Shown here: piece by piece, positions 1 to 13,068 of the stretch | Layout: each line of letters begins with the position of its first letter | Numbering within the stretch: the stretch's first letter is position 1 | Source of the DNA: Microbotryum violaceum | Lineage: Eukaryota | Length of the DNA: 64,000 nt | Direction: 5' to 3' | Assembly (NCBI GenBank): GCA_001244265.2 | Contig: CDLV01000011.1 | Span: forward strand, 620,001-684,000 | Notes under the pieces: generated by a model | Database searches by the model: none | What the model was told of the DNA's origin: nothing | What the model saw: the letters and a program-made list of their open reading frames with translations, nothing else | Made by a program: the position numbers and the translations under genes

Positions 1-746
1 GCAGATCGCACCACCTCACCAAGTTCCTCCGCCTCTTGAGCCAATATCTAAGCATCCTCCAGCCCCGAATACTTGACATCTGTCGCCATTTGCTGAATAG
101 GAACCACATCGAACAGACACCAGCCCAACACGCACTGCTGGTCCCCGCCGGCGTCTTGGAGACTCTTGAGGCTGTGAAAGATGCTGTTCGCTTGGTGTAG
201 CCTGGCTTCCACGCGTTGAGTTGTCTTGTGCACGAGCTCGCCGTATTTTTTCTTTTGATCTTGTATGCGTTTCGCCGCTCGAGCACGGTGCGTCTCCTCT
301 AACCCTTGCGCGAGTCTAACCAAAAAGCGGGACTCGGTAAAGGCTTGGGTGGTATTCGAACTCGTCTTCGTGGGGCAACCAATTTCGAGCACGTGGAACG
401 TCATGACCGAGATCAAGTGGGCTGATTTAGACAAAGGGCCATACTCCGGTGAATCCCTGCCGGTAATCACCTCGGCAGATACAGGTTGTGGAGAAAAAAC
501 GTAGAGACTCATAAGCCAGACGAGGAAAAACGTCATCGCCTGAATCGGACGAAGGACGACCTTTCTTCGAAGCGAAGGAGATGGTGTGTACATCGATGAG
601 GAAGTATGGTCGTCCTGATGAACGTCCACGTGAGACTGAAAAGACCTAGCGGCCGTCGCTGTCCGCGTGCGAAGAGCGTCGGCTGACGCAGGCTGGGCTG
701 CGGTGTCCTTGCGCACGTCATCTTCGTTGTAGGTGTAGGAGACCAT
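1..746 (-). pseudogene. Paralogue of the 5152-6771 membrane/coiled-coil gene, with an in-frame premature TAG; continues off the window edge
   Basis: YGELVHKTTQRVEARLHQANSIFHSLKSLQD...MATDVKYSGLEDA*ILAQEAEELGEVVRS aligns to YQKLVTQTTRTTAVKVEQAKDIFGSLLNLGD...LATAVKYSGLAEREFLGAQLNDLGNDVRS; homology continues past the stop at 48-50. Confidence 0.7.
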
Positions 747-2462
747 AGCCTCTTGAGGAGAGCTCAATGGGATCACTATGAATACTGGAGAACGAAACAA
801 GCTGTCGCAGTAGACTGACCTGTTTCTACTCCCCTACATTGCTCTTCCCACCTCGTCAAACTGCCGGTTCCAAAAGGAGCCCCCGACTCTTTGCCACTGC
901 AGCCGGTTACCCCCCATATGACCTGTAGGCTGCGCAGGGCTGCGCAAAGTGTGGTGTCAGTGACCGGTCAGAAGAAAAAGGCGGAATATGAGGGTTCAAG
1001 AACTTCGAGATCCACGAAGCGTCCAGCCTAGGTCAATTACACACGCCCACTGCATTGAGTAGTCTACTTATTAAAAATCTATACTGTGTCTTTTGAACCC
1101 TTGGGTTCCCTTCTAAGTTCTCCCCGAGTACGGCTCACGACGCAAAGCACTGAAATAGATATTTTCCTTTTCGTACATTGACAGGTCACAAATTTGAACA
1201 ACAATACCTTCGAGCTACGATGCACCGCATCCTTCAGTCCACCGCCTTCAAGGAACTAGCGCGTAGACTTGCAACAAGCCTCTGTACGTCCCTAGCACCT
1301 TCATCCGATTGTAAGCACGTTGAACGAGCGATACGGTCTCTAAGATATGCCTCCGTCAGCGTGCTTCGCTCCGCAGCGAGCTTGTTGTGGAAATTTGGTC
1401 TGGTATGGGCTCGATGGGACCAACTATTTCAAGCTCTTGTGGCTACGACGGTGCCTCGGCTTCCACAGCTAGTACAGCGCCGATCGTGACACGCTGCTCC
1501 AGAGTATCGGATACATGGGCAGGTTGATTTGCTCCAGAAGTCCGAGGCGTCGCTAGTAGACCTTTTGCTGGAGACGTCGAGATCACGGTGATTTTGTAGA
1601 CCTCGAAGACGGATTCGATTTCATGGTCAGGGTCAGGATCGGGGTCGTAAGGGGCCAGGCACTCTTCCACGTCGAGACTGGGTCTCAAGACAACATCGCA
1701 GCTCAGTATCGCCATGGTTCTTGCCATGTTTCCAGAATCCCACTACGTTTTCCTGGAATTGCGTTCCTTAGCATGGTGTGAAATGATAGTCAGGCGGCGC
1801 CCAATGGGAATGCTATTGACTGCGCTCAATCTTTCTATTGGTTAGCATTGCTTTCTAACGTTTCTTGGTGGCGGGTATCAGCGAGCCTGATCTAGGTGAG
1901 GTGGATAAATGCGATCTGCTTGCGGGCAGCGGAGCCCTGGCCGGCTTGACGGGGCAAACCCGCCGAGGCATGCAGGCCCCCCGAAAAATCCTCCCCCGCT
2001 CTCCCCTGCCTCAAGCCGCAGTGGGAGCAGCTGCTCACTTACGCTCCGCCCGCTTTCTCCCTCTGGCACACCGTCCGATGACACACCCAATCCATGGCAC
2101 TTCCAGCCGCAAATCTGACGACAACTGAAGACTTGAGCAAGAAGACGAGCCCTAGTATCCGAGTCTTCAAGCGCAATCATGATGGTGAGTCCGGTCATCA
2201 TCTCCGAGTCCACCCTGGAGCCGTCGCCTACCGAGGTTAGTACTGCTCTAGGCTGCTGACGTCTGGGCTGGACCAAGGCGGTGTCCGAAAGGATCATTTC
2301 GCACTGTGAGCTGTGACCTTGGGGGCTCTTATACGTGATCCTCTACGCTACGATACATACTGACCGTCGCGCGCTGGGTCACGCCGCGACTGCTTACGCG
2401 TCCCTATGCGGCAGCGTGCCGGTCGGCAGCGGCCAGGCTTGTCAGCGCGTGCCACGCCGCGC

Positions 2463-2961
2463 CGACGACGAACCGGGCCCAGCCGTGTTTTCAGAGACGA
2501 AGTGAGTGTGTCCCTATCCTCAGTTGTAAGTCATACAGACCAAGGACTGAAGAGATACTTCGTTCGTGCCTCAGTTGGATGCTCTTCGCCGCCTTCCCCG
2601 CGGTCTGTTTAGCAACGGTGTTGTGCAGCGTTCAGGAGTATAGGTGTGGGCTACCTGGGTCGCGCCGGCCGACCCCACCCTCGGACCTCTCAGTCGCCTC
2701 CGATGCGGTGATCGACTACCCAGCAGGAGTCTCCTCTCGGGGACTGAGAGGTCCGAGGGTGGGGTCGGCCGGCGCCGCCCAGGTGGCCCACAGCCACACT
2801 CCCGCGCTACACAACACCGTTGGCAGACAGACCGCGGGGAAGGCGGCAAAGAGCATCCGACTGAGGTACGCACAAAGTTGCTGTTCAGTTCTTGGTTTTT
2901 ATAATACCTGAGGCTGGGGACACCCTCACTTCTTCTTTGAAGACAAGACTGGGCGTCGTCG
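2463..2961. repeat. Long imperfect inverted repeat (hairpin 1); arms about 2463-2695 and 2742-2961, 46-nt loop
   Basis: The innermost 34 bp (2662-2695 vs 2742-2775) are perfectly complementary; pairing continues outward with increasing mismatches, e.g. cccagccgtgttttcagagacgaagtgagtgtgtccc vs reverse complement cccagtcttgtcttcaaagaagaagtgagggtgtccc. Confidence 0.95.
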
Positions 2962-2981
2962 TTGATGTTCTCGGTTTGTGG

Positions 2982-3404
2982 ACATTCTCGCGAACCGCAG
3001 CTGAACCGACAGCCCGCCGCCGCTGCTTCGACTTCGGAGACTGTAACCGAGGACCCGGTACAGCTCCACCCGATCCAATCGGCTGAGCATCTACTACATG
3101 CATGTGTGCGGTACGCTCTACAGCACCTCGTCGTCGACACCCTATCTGTTCCGATCGCCCCTTTCGCCTTAAACGACTGGGCTCGGAAAGTCGAAACTCG
3201 GAAACTCGTGGTTAGAGGCGAAAACGGCGATCGGAACAGATAGGGTGTCGACGACGAGGTGCTGTAAAGCGTACCGCACACATGCATGTAGTAGATGCTC
3301 AGCCGATTGGATCGGGTGGAGCTGTACCGGGTCCTCGGGTTACAGTCTCCGAAGTCGAAGCAGCGGCGGCGGGCTGTCGGTTCAGTTGCGGTCCGCGAGA
3401 ATGT
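2982..3404. repeat. Near-perfect inverted repeat (hairpin 2); arms 2982-3159 and 3226-3404
   Basis: Arms of about 178 nt differ by only 3 substitutions and one 1-nt indel; weaker pairing extends inward (tttcgcct/aggcgaaa) and outward to about 2960/3420. Confidence 0.97.
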
Positions 3405-3930
3405 TCGCAAGAACATTGACAAGCCGACGGCAGTGACTAGAGTCTCAGTCAAAACGAGTAGCGCGTATCGTGATCTGCCCATAAACTCGTGACGTCTTGT
3501 TCTCGAAAGATGCGCGCGCCCGGCGTGGGCTTCGAAGGTGCCGCCCAGGTTCAAAGGCGAGCCTAAGTTACTAGGATATCGCATCGGGCGGTGGAGAGGG
3601 CGTGTGCTGTGTTACACCTACCACCTGACTTGATTTCATATTTTTTGTCTCCTAAATCTTTAATAATTACTAAGATACTGATCGGGGTTCAAGTCGTCAG
3701 GACGACTCTGCACACATGTGACGGCGCACTGCCTGCCACTGCATGCATTGGGCGAGTACTTTAGAAACGCTGAACACTGAGGATCGTCCAGCGACCTTTG
3801 TGTCGCCCTTAATGAGCAATGAGCACACATTAAAAAGCGACGAAGCCCGTCAAGAGCTCCGCGGGAGCCGAATACATTAGTGGAAGCCTAGTCAGCCGGA
3901 GACGGCTAGCCCAAGCAAGAGTCGGGACTT

Positions 3931-4770
3931 CCATCTCAAGCAGAGGGCTAGCGGTGAAATGTCGGAACCCGGACACGAACCGAGGGTTATAAAGATACAT
4001 CGATCCTCATGTCACTGCAAATCTCCTGCGACCCATGCGAGCCGCTATCTGTCTCTTGCGACTCTCTTTCGGGGCCAATAGGAAGGAAGCCGGGATCCCC
4101 GGGATTTCGTCGTCCTTCGGCCAAAAAATTAACCTCGCGTCAACGACCGGACATAGCACCCAGTATGCACGATGATGACTTCCAACCGTCAGCTTGATGC
4201 GCTGTAGCTGGCAGAACAGACCAACCCGTCACAAATCACTGGCGAGCTGATTATAATGCATAGCAAAGAGAGGCCGGGACTTTTGGGAATTGGGCGCCGA
4301 ATCGCCGATCCACCCTCGTTGAAAGCGTCGAAGCGAGTCAATCAAAACCCTCGGAATAGCGACGCTCGTAGTTCTGTTCGTGGCTCCCTTGTTCTGCGCG
4401 ATGGGCTGTGTTAATATACGGATTTGAGATGTTCGAAGTGACGACTGACCGAAGTAAGCAATTGGATGGTCAAGTAGCTGAGCTCGATGACGTACCTCCT
4501 GAGGATTTGCAATTAACTGTATGCAGAAACAACCCGAAACTCTCGGTTCTATGACATCGCTCAGTAATTCCACTTGTTGATAAGAAAAGTGTGACAATCC
4601 AGCCAGCGAGCGCGAGCACGAGTTGAAAGTTACAGAGCGTCATTGTATAGAGACACGAAGGGTTAGTTCAGTTCGGGGATCGTTCAGTGGCGAGAGATTC
4701 CGACTTGGAGGCCAAAGGGGGAAAGCGGGAACATATCGACTGGGAAGAGGGTAGTCTGTTCGGTTAAATA
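3931..4770 (-). pseudogene. Decayed copy of the 37641-38680 gene family
   Basis: Colinear nucleotide similarity of 3931-4150 to 38465-38676 and of 4721-4765 to 37699-37740, in inverted orientation; no intact ORF. Confidence 0.7.
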
Positions 4771-5151
4771 CAGAAAGACGAGTGCAACAATACTGGTGCT
4801 TGATCTCCCTCTGATGTCAATCTGCGCTTAAAGCCCCCGTCGAATTGCTCGTCGTTAACATAGGGGGTGAAGCTTGATCGTTCCCACGCCGGCGACCTTT
4901 CGAAACGCTTCTAGTCACGTGACCTAAGTTGATGGAACCAGCGAAAATCACTTTTTGTATACCAGGTGAAAACGATTCCTGTCGACCCAGCAGTCCTGTT
5001 CATGTATATAGGCCTGTCAAACGTGTACGAAAAATCAGCTCAAAGCCGCCGCACCTCGCGTCACGACTGCCTAGTGCTCACGTTCATATATCCCACCAAG
5101 CCCAAGCTTGATCCCCGATGGTACTCTACATAAATTTCACCTTCCCTTACC

Positions 5152-6771
5152 TTACATCGGTAGTGTTTTGGCTCCACTGCCTCCAGTTTTGCCCCTATTC
5201 TTTACCTCCTGCAGCGTTCTCTTGAAATCATCCATGACCTTCCCTAAATGCTCGACCTCCTCGTCGACGTCCAACCCCGTCCCACCCAACTGATAGCCAA
5301 TCACACTCGCCTTATAACTCCCAACCCCATGCTTGTACTCCAACAAGGACGTCCTCGTCTCTTCCAAGCCACGATGAAGGACCGAGACGCTGCTCGCCGA
5401 CACCCGCGTGAGGTCATAGTCCTTTTTCAGTTGTCGTGCCTTGAAATTGCTCTTCGTTCCTACGACCAATGCGCCTGATTCGGAGATGAAGCGCATCAAG
5501 GGACTGGATTCTTGGCGCATCTCGTCGATCCTTCGATCCTCGCGACTAAGTTCATCGAACAACTGTCGTGCTCGATCCGACGTGCGCGTCGAAAGCGGTA
5601 TCGTCGTTTCGAGCTTGTCGAGAATCGCTTCGAGGTGGAAGTTGATTTGTTCGTAAACCTCGTTGATGGATGCGGAAAGTCGGTCGTTCTCCACCGTCGA
5701 ACGTCGGCGCCGGTTTTGCTTGTTCGATTCCTTTTCGGCGTGAGCTTTATTGATGATGATTTGGAGGCGGTCAAAATGATGAATGACCCAGGTGAGCGAA
5801 TTTATCCCCAATGAGTTGACCTCGATGAGGTTGTCTTTGAGAGATCGAACGTCATTGCCTGTGGTGAGCACGGCAGAAACTCTTCAAATTTAGCCTGGGC
5901 TTCCCGGGTGGAATTCTTGAATCTCCGCGAGCTCACCTAGGTCATTCAGCTGCGCGCCCAAGAATTCCCTCTCCGCCAACCCCGAGTACTTGACCGCCGT
6001 GGCCAGCTCCCACATCTCCACGGGGTGCAGAGCGCCGGCACTTCCGGCCGACCCATCGCCGAGGTTCAACAAGCTCCCGAAAATGTCTTTCGCCTGCTCG
6101 ACTTTAACGGCGGTAGTTCTGGTCGTTTGGGTGACGAGTTTCTGATAATCAATTTCGGCTTGAGTCGGTGATGAGCGATTGCAGCCTAATCGGATCGTCG
6201 AGCAGTAGAGGGTCGTGAGGGGTGTGAAAGATGGGGCCGAGGGTAATAGGAGTAGTAACGATTTGCCGAACGACCGAACGGAAGAGAGGCAGTAACATGC
6301 CAAACCGATGGCGCAGATGAGGGGGAGAAGATACATGAAACATGACCACACCATGGATATCCCAAAGGTACCGACTCGAGCACTCGGTCTGAGCAAAAGC
6401 AAGAGCAGTGAGCGTAATCGTCGACCCAGACCGGCAGTTGCTGATTTCTTGCTGGTGGTGGGGGCAGGTCGAGCTCTTTTGGTGGGGGTTGGTGGGGGTG
6501 CGAAAGCGAGAATTTGGTCTTGTTCCTTTCGAGATTTCTTGGAATCTTCGTGATCCTCCCAATCATCACTGTCTTCATCGCCCTCCCACGAGTCTGTCCC
6601 CTGATGCGCCCGTCGTGACTTGGTAGTGGCGCCCACAGGTGAGCCAGGACCAGCAGCTCCACCACCGCGACTGCTGCCGCTGCTGTTCCCGGGCCGAGAC
6701 GGGGATGCTCGACTAAGGCTCGACTTGGACTGACGAGCCCTGAGAACGTTCTTGGTGGGGCTCGAGGTCAT
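5152..6771 (-). CDS. Hypothetical membrane-anchored helical/coiled-coil protein (2 exons; intron 5859-5936)
   Basis: ORFs 5890-6771 and 5152-5871 are joined in frame by a GTGAGC...CACAG intron (QLNDLG|NDVRSLKDNL); disordered N-terminus, hydrophobic segment, helical C-terminus. Confidence 0.8.
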
Positions 6772-7336
6772 GTTGGGTGGCCGGTCGCGCTCGGTGAGAG
6801 ATTAGAGAGCGAGAGGCGGTCACTCGGCGACGCGCGAAGCGATCACGCGCCAATTCACCGGCAAGCGAAGCGCGCGAGCGAGCGAGCACTGCTCAATTGA
6901 GGACGTTATGGCTGTTGCCCAGGGCTGGGGCAAAGGGGGGGCGATCCCTCACTCAGGTACTCAGGCTTCGGGTCCAAAGACCGTCGCTCGGCTGAATTCT
7001 GAAAGGAGATCGATCTCAATTAGATTGAATTAGGCTAGCATAGAAGGAAAAACGAAGTAGAGTTGCGAGGCAGGTGCGCCACCGAAAGAAGCGAGACCTA
7101 GCATGCGAATGACGGGAGCAGGAGTAGACAAGACGGATCGGGAAAAGCGAGCAAGGTATAACAAACTGGAAAGAGGGAGCAAGCCGGCTACGTGGGTTGA
7201 AAGAGATGGAGACCAAATTGATGCGATTTGATGGGACGGGTACGATGTTGTTGACACGAGGGCGAATGAAACACAAGCAAGACAAGAGACGAACGACGGG
7301 ACGGAAACGGGAGACGGAGACGGACGGAGCACGCGC

Positions 7337-8001
7337 TCAGAAAGACTGAATCTTGCTGCTCGTCGTCTGCTCGGCTTCCAGCTTGGACTTGTTCTTCTCA
7401 AACGCCTCTTGCTTGCACGACTGCAGGTTCGCGCATTTGTGGTCTGTACAAAAGGAGAGAGCGACGCCATGTCAGCGAGGGAGCGCGCGACAGATTGGGG
7501 ACGAGATCACGCGACCCAGGGCAAGGTGCGCGTGCGCGGCAACTGACCTTCGGGCAATCGATGCCGTCCGCAGAACGAGGTGCTGCAGAAGGAGCAGTCG
7601 CCGACGATCCTGAGCGACGCCTGGGAGCAACGGTCCGTGGCCGAGATGTAGGCTCCGCAGCGCTTCTTGGGGCCTCCACCGCGTAACCTGAGAGGAAGGA
7701 GGGGGGGGGGGTTACGTCAGCTTACTGCATGCTGGACGGTCGCCCGAATCGGAAAGCGCCATCCCCTGTGATAGTTCGAGCCCTCAGCTCACCTCAATGC
7801 CAACCCAACAGTCATTCCAGGTTGAAGGCCATAATCGGCAAGGGCGCGTGTGTCGTCGAGCTGGCGTCCGCCAAAGACGAGGCGCTGGTCGTCAAGCGGG
7901 ATCGAGGTGCGGTCCTCGACGGCGAACTTGAGCTCGGCGACGGTCTCGATCGACGAAAAGGAGAGCGACGATCCGTGCAGGTCTCGGACGAAGAGTTGCA
8001 T
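7337..8001 (-). CDS. Ubiquitin-like domain fused to an AN1-type zinc finger (ZFAND4/Tmc1-like), 3 exons
   Basis: MQLFVRDL...QRLVFGGRQLDD...LALRLRGG-GPKKRC...RIVGDCSFCSTSFCGRHRLPEDHKC...KIQSF*; canonical introns at about 7688-7792 and 7444-7547. Confidence 0.9.
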
Positions 8002-9013
8002 CGTGTATGGGTTGGTCTAGCTTCTCTAGTGGTTGGTTGTGATGTGATGCGATGCGATGCGGCGAGAGAGTGCTGCGAACTGAGAGGTTGGGCGAGGTGC
8101 GAGTTGCGAGTTGCGAGTCGGGGTGGCAGTCGCAGTGGCAGTGGTGGCGAGAGGGAGAGGCACAGCCGAGGCAGGCGAGGCAGGCGAGGCAGGGCAGCGG
8201 CATGGCGGCACGCAGCGAGGCGCGGACAATGGAGGGGGCGGCAAGCGGCGGCGTGGGAGGGCGTGCGGTGGCCCGAGTTGTAGCGGTGTCAAACACGGTT
8301 CAGGGGTCGAGTACATGTTCGAGGAGGTAGGATGCGTTGGGAGAGGCGTCAGTACATTAAAGGGTGTAGTCGTATGGATGCGGCAGGCTCTCTGGCTCTC
8401 GGAGAACAGCGTCACTGGAACTCGGCGACGACCCGTAATCGGCCATCTCCGAGCCGGCCACGCCTAGCCGCCACGAGAGCGATGGGGCCCGTGCGTCAAT
8501 GGGACTGGTAGCCAGGAGGTGCGGCATTACAAGCGACCAGATGCGGAAGAACTTTCACATTTGAACTGACCTTTGTTGGATATGGGCAGACAGGCGAGGG
8601 TCAGACCGTAGGCGCGGGAGGGTGAGCGATAGCGGGGCGGGGAGACGGCGGACGTGGTCACGGGTGGGAGGCGATGCCGAGTGAGTCAAGCAGGCGACGG
8701 AACGTGACCGAGTGGATCGAGCGAATGAGTATCGATGCGATGGATGGATGTGTTGCTCGAGTGTGTGCTGGCGCTGAGAAGACGATGATCGATCGGAGAA
8801 GTAGTCGGCGGGTGCGGGATAAGCGCAACCCTGCCAGCGTCCGTGCAGTGGGGGCCAGTCGTCCAAGTCAAAAACACTTCAAAAGGGGGGCGACGCGTAA
8901 GCCCACGCCAGAATGTCAGAATGTTTCGCTTGACAAATTCAAATCTCGCTCAATTCCGAGCCTGGCCTCGCCGCGCTCGTTGATAAGCTCAACTACCACA
9001 TTATACTAATCCA

Positions 9014-10633
9014 ATGCAGTGCAGTCAAACACCGCTCGGTCAATGGCTGCAGCAAAATGGTGGCCAATTCCACCCCAATCTCATTTTCAAATCAGGTGCA
9101 TCTCTGCTCTCCACCTCGCACGAAGCTCGTGGCTCGTAGCTCGGCCCTCGACCCCTAACTAGCAGCTGACTCGCTTCGAGCTCCTTTAACCCAGATGAGT
9201 TCGGAACCTCGGTTTACGCTACCTCGAACTTGGGCCCTGGAACATCGACCGTGACCTGTCCCTTCTCACTCGCCATCACTCCCGCTTCATGTCGGACCGC
9301 GCTTTCCTCCTTCCTCTCGTCCCCAGCTCTGACCGATCATCAAGCGACGTGTCTCTACCTCGTCCTTCACCGCATCGACCCCACAACGATACCACCAGCC
9401 GTTGAGCTCCGTCACCAGGTCTACGTCGATACTCTCCCTACCGCATTCGATACCCCTCTGTGGTGGACGAAGGCCGAAGTCGAGCTTCTGCGAGGCACGA
9501 ACCTCGAAGGTGCTGTCGTCGATCGATCCAAGTCATGGAAAGCCGAATGGTCCAGCCTTGTTGAGCTCTTACCCGAATCCTTCAAACCTCAAGTAACATG
9601 GTCCGTACCTCACCTCCTTCTTTTCCGAATCGCGATACCCACATTTGAAGCTCATTTCTTCTCCCTCGTGGTGCCCTCTCAGGCCCCTCTACCTCTGGGC
9701 CAGCAGCATCGTCTCCTCCCGATCCTTCCCCTCCTCCCTCATCACGGGCCCCACGACCCCCGACCCGGACCCCGTGCTTTTCCCCGGCGTAGACACCCTC
9801 AACCACGCCTACGCCACCCCCATCACCTGGTCCTCGGACGTCAAACACCCTACCCATCCTTCCCTTTCCCTCATCCTCGAATCCCAAGTCGCCGAAGACG
9901 AACAGGTGTTCAACACTTATGGACCCAAAGCTAATGAAGAATGGTTATTAGGATACGGATTTGTACCCGAAGAGAATCCATCGGATTTGCTCGTATTGGC
10001 ACTTTCGAAACCACCTTCGTCAAGTTCGTCGGACACGATTCCGACCACGACGTTATCCACTACGTTGGAGATGTTGGGTCTGAATGAAGTTTGGAGGCAT
10101 TCGGTACCTCGCTCCGGAGTGATACCGAAAGATTTGTTGGACCAGATTCGATGGCTCATTGCGGGCACATGGCCAAGTTCCGAAATTGGCGAGATGCGAT
10201 TGGAAGAGATGAGCGAAGGAGGGAGGGATGTCTTCCTTGGTTATGAAGTCGAATACGAAGCGATCGATTCGTTGGGAAGTATGATCTGTTCCAAGATCGA
10301 AAAGGTCATGACTTTCGAGGACGACGAGGAAATTGTTCTGGAGAATGTCAAGGAGGAGAGGAGGGAAATGGCGAGGAGGTATAGGCGTGGTTCGTTGCGA
10401 TTCTTTCGTACGCAATCCGCGGTTGATCCAGTGGTGGACTGACCTCTCTTTCTTTGCGTGCTTCTCTATAATCAGGCCAATTGGGGATCCTGCAAGCCGT
10501 CGATGCTCATCTTGAGATGCTGATGGATAAATTGGAGGAGCGAGCACACAAGGAGGGGTACGACTTTACTACGTTGGGGAACGATTATGAGGATGACATT
10601 GATGAGAAAGAAGAGACAAATAATGAAGAATGA
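9014..10633 (+). CDS. SET-domain protein lysine methyltransferase (Rkm/Efm/SETD3-like class)
   Basis: Motifs YVDTLP..F.TPLWW...E.ELLRGTNL, YLWASSIVSSRSF, VLFPGVDTLNH and QVFNTYGPKANEEWLLGYGF; about 4 exons with GT-AG introns. Confidence 0.88.
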
Positions 10634-10852
10634 TCTTATTTTGGTAGCATGTACTTTTACTAAAAAGGCGTCAGCGGATGCTTTCCGCAGCACAGGACTT
10701 TCGCTCTTTGAAGGGCCATGATTGCGCCATGGGAAGGTGTATTTCAATTTTCAGAGTATTGCGACGCAAAAACTTCACAGGTTAAGGTAAGAGCGAGAAA
10801 ACAAACGCTCCAGGAAAGCTCAGACCGCATGCCTAGTTATCGGTGTTTCGGT

Positions 10853-13068
<2,216 letters not shown>

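Noticed and set aside
2545-2552. CTGAAGA hammerhead-like core beside hairpin 1
   Set aside because: It is part of the paired arm and has no suitably placed GAAA/UH elements
2571-3584. 337-aa minus-strand ORF across the hairpins
   Set aside because: Internally duplicated and implausible composition; explained by the inverted repeats and high GC
4914-4923. GTCACGTGAC palindrome (Cbf1/CDEI-like) as a centromere element
   Set aside because: No adjacent AT-rich CDEII; CACGTG sites recur across the window as ordinary bHLH-type sites
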